NCBI GenBank assembly: GCA_001643675.2
Contig: LSRY02000015.1
Coordinates: forward strand, 186,001-250,000
Origin: Monocercomonoides exilis PA203
Lineage: Eukaryota; Protista; Preaxostyla
Length of the DNA stretch: 64,000 nucleotides
Direction of reading: 5' to 3'
Position numbers and translations under genes: made by a program. Shown one piece after another: positions 52,077 to 63,529 of the stretch. The first letter of the stretch is position 1. Every line of letters starts with the position of its first letter. The notes beneath the pieces are model-generated. The model was not told where the DNA came from and searched no databases. It saw nothing but the letters and a program-made list of their open reading frames with translations.

Positions 52077-52830
52077 CTAATCAGTGTTCAGATGATTGTG
52101 TTTGGCAGAGAAGAAGAAAAAGAAGAGGAGGAAGAGAGATGATGTCGAACAAGAATACGATGAAACGAAAATAGAGTGTGAAGAGAGAGAAGATTGATAA
52201 GAGAAGATAAGTTTTGAAAAGATTGTTTTAACACTTGTTGTGATCATCACTGAATTGGATGTTGAACTTGCATCGGAGACTACACAGCGGCTGACTTCAT
52301 CGTTTCCTCTGATTTCATGTTTCTGTCCAGCTAAGGCCAATTCATCGCTCATCTAAATCATTCCATTCACAACAACTTTCTTTGTTCCTGATAACCTTGA
52401 AAGAGAATGTTTCAAGATCAAACAAGGAAATTGGACAATTCCACAGTGAGAATGATTTGATGCATCAGAATTGCTCACATATATTTCTTCTAGGTTTGAA
52501 AGGAGATACATGCACAGAGGGATTGCTAAACTCGTATTTCCATTGTCATATCCTCTCACTTTGTCAATAGTATCTAAAGAGGCTGTGACACGTGCAATTT
52601 TTCTTGAAGTTGCAATTTCTTCAAGATAAGGCGAGAAAACAAAGATATATCTTCCCCACTTGGCTGTACTTATTCCGAATGAAAAGGATATCAAGAAGCT
52701 GGGATTTTCAGTAACAATTGAAGGTGAATTCCTCCACCAAAACTGTGGAATGTCAAGGAAAATCGGTTATTGCAAAATCCTTTTGCAAATACGCTTTATT
52801 CGCCACTCCCACACACAGCATCATCGAGCA
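52077..52830 (-). pseudogene. Internal fragment of a paralogue of the 2595-aa membrane protein
   Basis: TAKWGRYIFVFSP...DKVRGYDNGNTSLAIPLCMYLL..EEIYVS.SDASNHSHCGIVQFPCL matches the protein encoded at ~25700-26380. Confidence 0.85.
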
Positions 52831-53443
52831 TCTTTTAGCCTGTGAAATACTTCCGCATTAAGATAACGATAAATTTTTTGCATTGTAATTTGCATAAATA
52901 ATTGATATAATAAATGTTAACTATCTTCTGCAAACTTATCAAGCAAAAAAAGAAAGTTTTAATAATCCATCGAAAAATGAAACGATCATACCAAAGTTTA
53001 ACGAAAACCGTATAATTTATGTATTTTTCATGTTAACCTTACTTGTGCGTTCTATCCTCGCTTTCATGTTAAGTTCAGGTATGCAATACACAATGAAAAA
53101 TTCTATTCAAATAAAATTTTGAATTAACATTGAAAATCAAGTTTGTCAAAATAAAGAATCGAAACTCACCTTGCACATTTCATGAATCAGCAATTACAAA
53201 ATAAACTGAAAAACGCTATCGCATATTTATCATTAATTCTCAATTTTTAATTTTGATCAAAAAAGTTGAAACATAATTTTTTGAATAATATATATCTTCT
53301 CATAAAGAAGTTTGTTATGAGCCTACTAACATCACTGTGTAAGTTTTATATTTTCATGAGAATTATGGAAACGGAGTGTTTTTGAATTAACTTTCATGGG
53401 ACAAATTTTTGATCTTCAGCGACTTTTCAAAAAGAATGACCCA

Positions 53444-53853
53444 TATAGTTAGTGTTAATAATGGTGGACACTTTCAATAACTGTGGACAGTCGCATTATC
53501 TCAACAACCATTGATAGTAGCATTTCGACAATAAACACAATTATTCTTCCATTGAATACAAACTTATGAGTCAGACAAAAATGAAACAACTTTCTCTGCA
53601 GAATGAAATAAAAGACATTTCAAATTTTCGGAGAAACCCTAAGATATAAATTTCACATAGTTTCTCCGAAAATTAAAAATGATTTTTTCAAAATTCTGCA
53701 GAGAAAGTTGTTTCATTTCTGTATGTCTTATAAGTTCATATTCATTGAGGGAATAATTGGGTTTATTGTTAAAATGCAACGATCAACGGTTGTTGAGATA
53801 AAGCCATTGTCCACAGTTATTGAAAGTGTCCACCATTATTAACACTAACTATA
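53444..53853. mobile_element. ~410-bp foldback (near-palindromic) MITE
   Basis: tatagttagtgttaataatggtggacactttcaataactgtggaca is perfectly inverted at the other end (46 bp); imperfect pairing continues ~190 bp to a short loop at ~53640-53660. Confidence 0.9.
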
Positions 53854-54095
53854 AATATATATATTTAATTTGTTGTTGTCGTTGTTGTTGTGACAGACGA
53901 GGCTTCAAGTTATTTGTCAGGTCACAGAGGTGTAGTTCAGCTTTAAAGATTGATGTGGAAATTTCGTCCATCGTTTGAATCTCCTCTTCTTCTTTTCAAT
54001 CTTTGTTTCCATTGGTTCACTTCTTTCCTGACTCTGTTCCAAGGACTGACACGGTTGTGTGAATATTGTTGAAAAGGTCGAAGATGGTGGAAGCA

Positions 54096-54339
54096 TATGT
54101 CTTATTTTTTTTGATAGTTCCTTTTGTTTAATTTTCAAATAAAGAAAAAATTTCATATTTCTATCAAATTTCTGTTCACGTTGACCAAATTTTTCTAACA
54201 TGATAAAAAAATCTTGATAATGTGAATGATTCCATTCTCATGAAATCTGGTGAGTGAAAACAGAGATTTGATCGAATTATGAATTTTTTCTTTATTTGAA
54301 AATTTAACAAAAGGAACTTTTCAAAAAAATTTAGATATA
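54096..54339. mobile_element. ~240-bp foldback MITE, same family as 40770-41011
   Basis: agttccttttgtttaattttcaaataaagaaaaaattt ... aattttttctttatttgaaaatttaacaaaaggaact. Confidence 0.8.
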
Positions 54340-55144
54340 CTGCTAGAGGAAATTGTCGGCCCATTGCCAAACACAGCTTGGTCAGAAGAAAGTGCAATTC
54401 CTGAAACATTAGAAGGTTGGGGAGTGCCAATCATTCTTTATCACGAAAAGCGACATGACCTATAAAGTGGAATATCTTGAAAAGAAGAGAATAAATTGAA
54501 TGGCAGTTTCTTTCATAATAAAAATGTGTTGCATTTGAATAGTGTTAAAAACAGCACAAAACACAATTTTAAAAATAACTATAACATTTACACTCGAAAT
54601 AATCTTTTTTTATTTACAATAAGTTTGATTATTCTGTTGCTCAAGAATCATTTCTTCAAATTCAAAAAGCTCATTCTATTGGTTTCATGAAACATGAAAC
54701 AGCATAATTCATCGATTTGTGAAATCTTGGACTAGAGAAACCCTTTTTTTTACAAAAAAGAAATTAAATTATAAATGGAAATTATGCAATAAAAATACAA
54801 TATTGAAAGAGAAAATGGTTATTTCACTTCCTTCTCTTATATTGATGAGAGCGCCGCGTTATGGGTTAGTAACCCAGCTGATCAAAATGGCACTTAATGA
54901 AATGGTGAACAAATGAGCAAATGAAAATTTTAAAAAGAGACCTGACACTTGGCAAATTGAAAATTATTCCAAATGCAGTGAAAACACATGTTTGAAACAA
55001 GAAAAATACAATTTTTTGAAATTGAATGTTTTAAAATATATACTCTAAAGAGAAGGAATTATAAGCGTTGAATCTCTTCCCTCATTGTTATTCAGCAATG
55101 ACGAATTCATAAGGGGATGGGACGAAACACTTGGGGAGGGAGAA

Positions 55145-55197
55145 AGAGAAGGATGTGAACTAACCATTTTCTCTTTCAATCAAAACACAAGCATTTT
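55145..55197. repeat. Internal complementary region (ICR) of DIRS copy 2
   Basis: agagaaggatgtgaactaaccattttctctttcaat (55145-55180) is the near-perfect reverse complement of 54802-54837. Confidence 0.75.
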
Positions 55198-55219
55198 GAT
55201 TACAGAGAAAACATTGATT

Positions 55220-56194
55220 TCACTTCCTTCCCTTATATTTTTGAGAGCATAGATAATTGGGAAGATTTGACAATGTTAATAAGCTTGAACAAATATTCTT
55301 TTCTTCGTGTTGCTTCTTTTCCATTTCTTTTCTTCTTTGAGATCTTGTGCAGATAATGAATTCAATCTTAGCCTCGCTGATAACTGTCTGTGAAGCATTG
55401 TTTTCTTCATTGTCCTCTGGTTCTTCAACTTTATCTGGGAATGCAAATTCTGTTTGTTGTTTTCGATCTCCGTTTTCACATATTTCCTTTGTTGGTGTTT
55501 GCTCTTCTGAATTTGAACTGGTATTTGTTTCGGAATCGGATTCCGCCTCAGAATCTGAATCGGACTCTGACGCAGACCCACTTTTTTCAGGTTGGAGAAC
55601 AGTTGAATTGCATCTTGCTATCACGTGGGCCAGCTTGCTTGATACATCTGATTGGACGTAATGCTTTGTGATGGTGTTGCTTCTAGGAGAGAGTCTGGCA
55701 AACTTAGCAATTTGGGCTAATGGAATTCCTGCCATCGTTAGCGCAGTGATTGACGCATGCTTCAATGAGTAAGGCCCGAAACACTTTGGAATCCCAGCAT
55801 CCTGTAACATTTCAGCTGCATAATTGCGAATCCTTCTTGCAGAGAGGGCAAGATGAGTTTTCTCATCAATGAATAGTGAAGTAGTATTTGGCTGAGATTC
55901 TTTGATTCTGTTCCAAAGTTCCTTTTCTGAAGCTGCTTGGCACACAAGCGGCTGTTCTTTTAGAAAAGGGATGATAATATTTGTTCGTTCTGTTGATGTT
56001 TTTAATGATGAATCGAGTTTTATTGAATTGTCTCCAATAGTTGAATTCTGTAGGTTAATCCTTTCCAACTCCGTAAAGCGACAGGCGGAGAACAACATAC
56101 ATGCACATATAGCCTTTTTTGTCAATACATAAAAGTCAAGAAACATGTTCTCTCCTAATGATGTAATTTTTTGCAGCAGGAGTTGGGGGTTCAA
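55220..56194 (-). CDS. Tyrosine recombinase (catalytic part) of DIRS copy 2
   Basis: SACRFTEL, LKTS, PYSLKHA, FARLSP, KHYV. Confidence 0.8.
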   Translation of the reverse strand: MNPQLLLQKITSLGENMFLDFYVLTKKAICACMLFSACRFTELERINLQNSTIGDNSIKLDSSLKTSTERTNIIIPFLKEQPLVCQAASEKELWNRIKESQPNTTSLFIDEKTHLALSARRIRNYAAEMLQDAGIPKCFGPYSLKHASITALTMAGIPLAQIAKFARLSPRSNTITKHYVQSDVSSKLAHVIARCNSTVLQPEKSGSASESDSDSEAESDSETNTSSNSEEQTPTKEICENGDRKQQTEFAFPDKVEEPEDNEENNASQTVISEAKIEFIICTRSQRRKEMEKKQHEEKNICSSLLTLSNLPNYLCSQKYKGRK

Positions 56195-59148
56195 GATCCC
56201 TTGTTCGTTATTTTTCTACCAATTTTCTGATCTTCGGAATGATTATAATAGTCTTTGCATGAGTCCAGATTCTCCCAGTCCTCGATTGCACAGTAATTCT
56301 GAGATGAGCGATAATGCAGCGCATGTTTGTCTGAGCGTAGAAGCCTTCTTCCCTTTGTCTTTCAGGCTAATGAAAATGGAAGTTTATTTTTCAACCCACT
56401 CACTCCAAGCTTCAGGTGGTTATCTGTTCATATTATCTTCCCATATTTCACCAAACGCTTACAACAATATATAAATCCTCACACCATGCTTTCGGCAATG
56501 AAATAATTGTATTCATCGATTTCCCTTACGGAATATCCCTTTGAAACAAGCATTTTCCGAAACCATTTTTCTCCTTGCGATTCTAAGGATTGATGAGAAC
56601 TATTCTCATTCTGTTTTGCGGGAGACTTGCTTCCATCCGTTTCATCCATCTTCCATCCTTCAAAACCTGGTTCTGTTCTTTCCATCTCCATTCGCAGTGT
56701 CTCGACATTCTTATCAGTGGTTCCCATATCTGCCCTCTCCAATCTGGCATCAGAAGAAGAACATGTGCATTTTCCTCTATTGCTTTTAAAATCGTTGGGA
56801 CTATTAGTGGAATCGGTGGATGGGCTTAAATAACGCCTCTTTGCCATGATTGTTGGAGTCCGTCTTCGTTGAGTTTGCTTCATGGACCGCACCATCTGTA
56901 AGCTTTCGTGTTCTCGTTCGTTGCAAACGCATCCAACGTTATTTTGAGATTGAGGTTTTCCGTGATCTCGTTTAGCTCTTCTTGTTTAATGGAGAAATCT
57001 CCCCCTCTTTCTAGCCTGGATGGAGCATCTGCTCTGACATTCTTCATCCCTGGCAAGTGTTGGGCTTTTATTTGAATGTGATTGTTCTGTGCAAGTGTCC
57101 ATATTTTCATCAGCAACTTCCTGAGGTTTGTTCCTGCATTCCATCGATTGACATTGAAAACCGCTGCTGTATTGACTGGTCTGATTAGCAATCTGCAGAC
57201 TTTGTTCACCTGAAGAATGTGTTTGAAATGGTTGAGCGCTCGATTGATTGCAAATAATTCCCTGAAATTCGAGCTCTGGCATCTCAATTTCCCTGGAAGC
57301 GATTGATGGAAATCGTATTTCTTGTTGTTCATTTGAAGAACAGCTCACATAGCTCTCTCTCTGACGCATCTGTCGTTAAGGTTGCTTGCTGCTGGAATAA
57401 TGAGCAAAGCTGTCTCGGTTTGTTCGCATTCAGCCTCGATATCCATTTTTGAATGCTCGGAAGGATTGATGGGTTGATTCTCATCTTTCCTTTCCACCCC
57501 ATCTTTCTGACCATTCTGTTCAGCAGCATGCATATCGATGGAAGAAGGAGTGAAGCTTCCTTGAAAACGAAGCGAGTTGCACTTAGCTTGCCAATGTACG
57601 ATGCGAAATCTCTCACTCTTGTTTGCTCACATTTCAGTGCTCGGCGCCTCCATCTGTAGCATTCCGTGAGCAATTCTTTCTTTCTGTCTTTCTCTAAAGT
57701 TGCGGTGAAGTTGGAAGTGTCCCATGAATATCCGAGGAATGAAAAACGATTTGATGGTTTCATGAGGCTCTTTTCCAGATTAACAATATGTCCAATCTTC
57801 TGAAATATACTTATAACTTCTTGTGCGATTCTCTTTTGTTCTTGCTTGTCTTGATGGAGCAAGACAATGTCGTCCAAATATGCGACAGCTTTCACATTCA
57901 ATATTTTTCGAATGAACGAAATGACATTTCTCATGGTTTTTGTTAATATTCTTGGAGAGTCCTTGTTACCGAAAGGCATGCTGGTGAAGCAATAAAAGTC
58001 TTTGTTGAACTCGAAGCTTCGAAAAGGAGTGAAATCCTCTGAGACCTTGATGAGGTTGAAAGCTTGGCTTTAATCCCGAGTGACAGCAAAATCCCCATTC
58101 TTTATAATTCTCTCCACAGATCGATGATCCTCTTGTTTGAAGTGAATTGTTTTTATTGCATTGTTTAACCTCCTGCAATCCACAATCTGTCTCCAGCTCC
58201 CGTTCCTTATTCTGACTACAAATATTGGATTGAGAAATTTCACTTCGTTTTTGGTGATTTTCATGACAATTCCAGTTTTCACTTGAACTTTGATTAATTC
58301 CGCCAAAGCTTCCCTTGCTTCTAGTGATTGCTTCGGTCTCCTGCAATATTCCAGAGAATTGATAAGGGTTTTGCGAGCTTTGGCACTCCTCCAAACCGGA
58401 ACAACTCCTCTTTTGATGATCTTTTCTCCTCCCGCCATTTTCCAAACCTTGGCAAATAACGCTGTTCTTCCACAAATTGTGAAGTTGTGTTCTATTGAGA
58501 GTTTGTTTTGTCACCAGAACTCCCTCTTGAGTAACCCCTTGGAGCTCTGCTTGTTATGAATGATCGTCTTGCGCTGGTCGTTCGGGGACTATCTCGAAAA
58601 AACCGATAATTCTTTGTTCCGCTTTGCATTCCCCTGGTTTGTTTCTTCCTTGCATATGAATTTGTAATGCTTGCCGATCCCCATTTCAATTTTGTGGATG
58701 TTTTCTTTGATTTTTTCTAAATTTCTTTTTGTCTTTGAGTTAACAGCGATGATGAAAACTCGTCTTTCATTTTTCCTGCTTCAGAAAACCCATATCTTGC
58801 TTGTATTCTAACGTGTCTAGCTTCTTTCAGAACTTGGAATTAAAACAAACATGAATCTGCTATCATTTCTTTTGTTGTATTTCCTGACTTGATTGTTGAG
58901 AATGCCGAGAAAAGCGACTTTATTGCAGGATAAAGATATGTTTCTGTTCGTTCTCCTGCACGATCGAGCGCGTCTTTCCAAAACACTTTGGATCTTGTAA
59001 ATGGTGGTGGAGCATTCTGGATAAAATGACTCAAATCTTCATCTTTCATTAATGAAAGCGCTTCGTTAATTTTATTCCTTGGAAGATGCATATCGTAAAG
59101 AGAAACATTTGGTAGCTGCCAAAATATTTCGATAAATGTTTGCAGCAA

Positions 59149-59245
59149 TTAAAGTGCATAAGCACCTTAATTATCAAGAAAGTGTTTCATCAATTCCTTC
59201 TCTTTTTGAGAGACGCCACAATCTATGGGTCAGTCGCCACATTTG
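59149..59245 (+). repeat. Left terminus / left ITR of copy 3
   Basis: 59176-59245 is inverted at 63662-63730 (one indel); 59147-59213 is perfectly inverted at 63429-63495. Confidence 0.95.
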
Positions 59246-59249
59246 ATCA

Positions 59250-60164
59250 ATGATGTCTGCTTCGCAATTCCCTCCGATTGTTGGACATACGCCGTCGGCT
59301 GATTCTGCAATGCAGCACAGTGGGGCGCAAAGCCAACCAGGGACCTTGTCACAACCTAACATCTTTTCTTCCTCTTCAATTTTTTCACCTTCTTCATCGG
59401 AAGGTTTAGTACAGGAGTTGACCCCTTCAGCTGACAGAAAGGAGAATGATGATTTCTTAGACATATCACAACTTATTTGTCAGGAGTTTGAGGACATTTT
59501 CGGACAAACGCCGAATATTTCAATTTTTGATCTAAGGATTTCCCCAAGATCCGTTCAAGTTGTTGTTGAGGAGTATAAGACACAGGATTTTAGCCCGTTG
59601 TTATCGCTTGAACCGCACACTGCCAAGAGAACAGAAAACTGGATTAACGACGCATTAGATCAGGCGGGGTACAAGGTGGAGATTTTTCTTTTCCAGGCGA
59701 TTAAAGCTGCGCTCATAGGTTTAGCCGAGATACCGACTTCAAGTGAAGGTGCAAAACAAAGGCTTGCTGACATCTTGATAATGATTACCAGGGCTCTTCA
59801 AGAGGCACGAACGGTTCGAATTCAAGGCAGGTTTGGTTTCAGGGCTGCCACAGCGATGAGCACTGACGCTTCTACAAGAATTCTCACAGAGAGACAGGAA
59901 CTGATTCTCAAAGAAACAAGGCAGGAAGCCAAGCTAGAGAGAGGCTTCCAGAGACCAGCACTTCCTATTACACGTGTTCAGGCTCCTGTTAGAGAACAAC
60001 CAGGAACACTTCAAAGAAGATTTAGTTATCCCATTTCTCACACAAATACACGGTTTTTTCGGAGATACCCCCGGTCCTCAGCCCCCACAAGAAGACAGCA
60101 ATTCGGAAGAAGGAGGAACCAGAGCAGTTGGAGCAGGAGACCAGGGGTGCGTCAACAATTTTAG
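59250..60164 (+). CDS. Gag-like ORF1 of DIRS copy 3
   Basis: 304-aa ORF starting right after the ITR; Arg-rich C-terminus; DALD.AG and EAR..RIQ.RFGF motifs shared with copies 1 and 2. Confidence 0.85.
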   Translation: MMSASQFPPIVGHTPSADSAMQHSGAQSQPGTLSQPNIFSSSSIFSPSSSEGLVQELTPSADRKENDDFLDISQLICQEFEDIFGQTPNISIFDLRISPRSVQVVVEEYKTQDFSPLLSLEPHTAKRTENWINDALDQAGYKVEIFLFQAIKAALIGLAEIPTSSEGAKQRLADILIMITRALQEARTVRIQGRFGFRAATAMSTDASTRILTERQELILKETRQEAKLERGFQRPALPITRVQAPVREQPGTLQRRFSYPISHTNTRFFRRYPRSSAPTRRQQFGRRRNQSSWSRRPGVRQQF

Positions 60165-63100
60165 GTCCAGTTCACAAGGAAACAGAGCAGATGAGGCACA
60201 TTGGAGGGAGAACCGCTTTGTTTCTCTCAGCATGGAAGCGAATCGGAGAAGAGAAATTGATAAGCAATGGAGTGCAGGCCATGTGGAAAAGCAAACAGTC
60301 CAGGAAAGCTCTCAGCAGAGCCCAGTTCAGAGATGGAGCGTGTCTTCTCAACCAACAAAAGATCGAGGAATTCAAGAAAATATTAGAAGAACAGTTACGA
60401 ACAGGAGTTGTTATCCCAATGGAGCAGAGGGAGGTCAAACACAGAAACAATGTATTTCTCATTCAAAAGAAGTCAGGCAGCTGGAGACAGATTCTCGATT
60501 GTTGGAAACAAAACGCAGCAGTGAAGAGAACACATTTCAAGTGCGACGGAGAAAAAACAGGAGAACGACTAATAAGACGGAAAGATTACGCAGTATCCCT
60601 AGACTTGGAACAAGCTTATTATTTAATTCCAGTTTCAAGAGAACTAATTCCCTATCTTGCTTTCAGATTCATGGGAAAAGACTACTCCTTCAAAGGCATG
60701 CCTTTCGGCTTTGTAGATGCACCGCGCCTGTTCACACATATAATGAGGAAGGTGACAGAATAGATAAGAAGAAGATGGGATGTCAGAGTCGTTGCCTATT
60801 TGGACGATCTTCTTTTTCTGCATCAAGATCAAGAAGTCTTGAAGAAAATAATTCAGGAAATCATCTCGTTTCTAGAAAGCCTTGGCCTTCTGATAAACAA
60901 AAAGAAATGCAACCTCATGCCGAGTTCGCAGTTCAGCTTCCTTGGATTCGAATGGAATACAACCAGCTTCGATGTGTGTCTAACGAAGGAAAGAAGAAAG
61001 GCAGTGCGAGAGCTGTGTCACAAGTGGGAGAGAAGTTGCATAAGAGCCAAGACCGTCAGAGTGAAGGATTTCGCATCATACGTGGGAAAGCTCAGTGCAA
61101 CGCGCTTCGTTCTTTCAGACGCATCTTTCCACCTCCAATCCATCTACAAATTGTTGCAGAAAGGAGTTACGACAGGCGGATGGGATGGAATGATGAAGCT
61201 GAATGCGTCAATCCTCCTGCAGATAAGAAAATGGAGATGGATGTTGATGAAGAACCCCAGACGCAGACTAACTCCAGTGTTTATTCCAGAAGCAGTGCTA
61301 ACCACAGATGCATCAGAAAGCTCCTGGGGAGCAACCCTCAGACTAAACAGAATGTCACTAGATTGTCACAGTCGTTTTCCATTCGCGGTGAAAAACCAAT
61401 CATCCAACTTCAGAGAACAAAAAGCTGTGGAACTTGCCCTTACACATTTTGCACCAATCCTAGCAGAGAATCGGATTTCACAGTTGCAACTTCGTTCAGA
61501 CAACTCAGCAGTTGTTTTCAACGTGAACAGAAGGAATGCAGGAAGGAATCTCCGTCAAACACTCAAAAGGATATGGACATTGAAGGAGAAACTGAAGATA
61601 GTCCTGAGAGCAGTTCATCTCCCCGGATTGCAAAACACAAGAGCCGATGCTTTGTCCCGCCTGGAAAGAGCAGGAGACTACGGCATTGCAGACAGCGAGC
61701 TCAAAGAAATCTTGTCAGTTCTTCAAGTTACTCCAACGCTGGACGCCTTTGCAGCTCAACACAACCACAAGGTCGATCGTTGGTGCGGAATTGGAAGCCC
61801 ATTGGGAGAAGACGGTCTAGCATATCCATGGAAGAACGAGTGCGTTCTGGCACACCCCCCAGTTCCCCTGATTCCAATGACGATTCGGAAGGCACAGAAG
61901 GAGAGAGTACCAGTAGTATTACTCCTGCTGAATTGGAAGGGGCAGGACTGGGATGTGCTATTGGAGAAGACGCCTCATCGGACATTCAAATGGAGGAGTC
62001 TGAGAACAGTACTGAGAAAGGGTCCATCAATGGCAAGCACAGGTGCATGTCTTCCTCCAGGCCGGTTAAGAGTCATATTCATCAATCCACCAGAGTTAAA
62101 GGCGAGAGCTGGTGGAGAAGGGCTTTGGAAGAAAGATCTTTCCAAGTTTCATTGGCAGAGGAGTGCATATCGGGAATTGCTCAGTCGACGTGGGATGGAT
62201 ATTTATTCGGCTTCGCACACTTTGGAGAACAGTGGGAAAAGAGTGATATGGGCATAATTCCAGAGGATATTCACGAGTGGGCAGCTCGATGTTCCAGTAT
62301 GTTTATTACACTGAGAGACAATGGAATGAAGCTGTCATGTTTGCAGCTCATCCGCTCAGCAGTTTCATTTTTCACAAGCTTGGTTTACAACACAAATTTA
62401 GTGGATATTCCGATAATAAAAATATTGTTTAGAGGGTTTAGAAGAACAGAGAGGACAAGAAAAAAGAAGGTCCAAGAAATTTGGAATCCGAAGACCATTC
62501 TGACATTCTTTTCTAATCTTGGAGAAAATCAAAGCTTGAGTTTCAAACATCTGACAATGAAAGCCATTGTGCTCACCATGTTATTCACTGCGTGCAGGTT
62601 TACAGAGTTGGAAAGAGTAGATATGGAACGATCCAGATTCGAGCAGGAAGGAATATATCTAGACACAAGGCTAAAAACATCACTTAATCGAACAGAGATT
62701 GCTGTTCCTTTTTTAAATGAAAGCCCTTCAATTTGCCCAGCTTCGGCCATTCAAGTTTTGTGGAAAGAGATAAAGAAAAGAAAACCAGATGGAAATTAAT
62801 TGTTTTTGAATACCGAAACTTTTCACCCTCTTACAGTGAAAGGTATTAGACGATTGGCAAATAAGAGGTTGAAGGAAGCAGGAATTCCAGGCCATTTCAC
62901 TCCTTATTCAATAAAGGCTGCAACGCTTTCAACGCTAACGATGTCTGGAATTCCACCAACTCAGATTGCGAAGTTTGTTCGTCTTTCCCCCAGAACAGAC
63001 ACTTTGGTGAAGCATTATGTGAAGGCCAATCTTGCTTCAACCTTGGGGAAAGTGATTGTCTCAACTATGAATGTTCCCAGTGAAGAGTTAGCAAACAATC

Positions 63101-63423
63101 CGTGTGCAGAAAATGGTGTCAAGAAGTGCGTCAGACCAGACAGAGACCAGAAGAACAAAAAGGAGAGACGAGAAATGGAATCTGGGATGGTACTGAGGGA
63201 TAAGAAACGCCTGATGAAGCCAGGTTTGAGTGAGGAAGAAGCTAAAGATACTGTTGAATTCCCTTCCAGAGTAGACGAGCCTGATGAGGAGATGGAGGAA
63301 CAGAAGTCACTTGGAGAACAATTCATTATTCGAACAAGATCACAAGCAAAAAAGGAGGAAGAGAGCAACAACGCAAAGAAGACGCACACTGTGGTAGTAA
63401 TGATGGCTTCATCATCCAACTAA
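59974..63423 (+). pseudogene. Tyrosine recombinase ORF of copy 3, overlapping the whole RT ORF; one in-frame TAA at 62797-62799
   Basis: 941-aa ORF continued in frame by a 207-aa ORF; TACRFTEL, LKTS, PYSIKAA, FVRLSP, KHYV. Confidence 0.9.
60128..62257 (+). pseudogene. RT-RNaseH-methyltransferase-like ORF of copy 3, with one in-frame TAG at 60761-60763
   Basis: KKSGSWRQILD, LDLEQAY, MPFGFVDAPRLF, AYLDD, FLGF; TTDAS, SSNFRE, RSDNS, ADALSR; LDAFA...AHPPVP. ORFs 60128-60763 and 60800-62257 are in the same frame. Confidence 0.9.
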
Positions 63424-63428
63424 TTGAT

Positions 63429-63529
63429 TCTCTCAAAAAGAGAAGGAATTGATGAAACACTTTCTTGATAATTAAGGTGCTTATGCACTTTAATTAAAAA
63501 AGAAAGTGGAGAATCAATTCCTTCTCTTT
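63429..63529. repeat. Internal complementary region (ICR) of copy 3
   Basis: First part is the reverse complement of the element's first 67 bp; second part is the reverse complement of its last ~36 bp (4 mismatches). Confidence 0.92.

Larger units (their letters stand above)
47020..53447. mobile_element. Putative 6.4-kb non-autonomous TIR element carrying host-gene fragments
   Basis: Perfect 29-bp inverted repeat tatatgggtcattctttttgaaaagtcgc (47020-47048) with its reverse complement at 53419-53447; TA-rich flanks; no transposase motif seen inside. Confidence 0.65.

Noticed and set aside
60761-62799. Single in-frame TAG (RT) and TAA (YR) as UAR->Gln recoding or programmed readthrough
   Set aside because: Host ORFs of 1216 and 2595 aa contain many Gln and no internal TAA/TAG, and the Kelch gene ends in TAA. 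The equivalent YR position is a sense codon in copies 1 and 2. Simple nonsense mutations are more likely.
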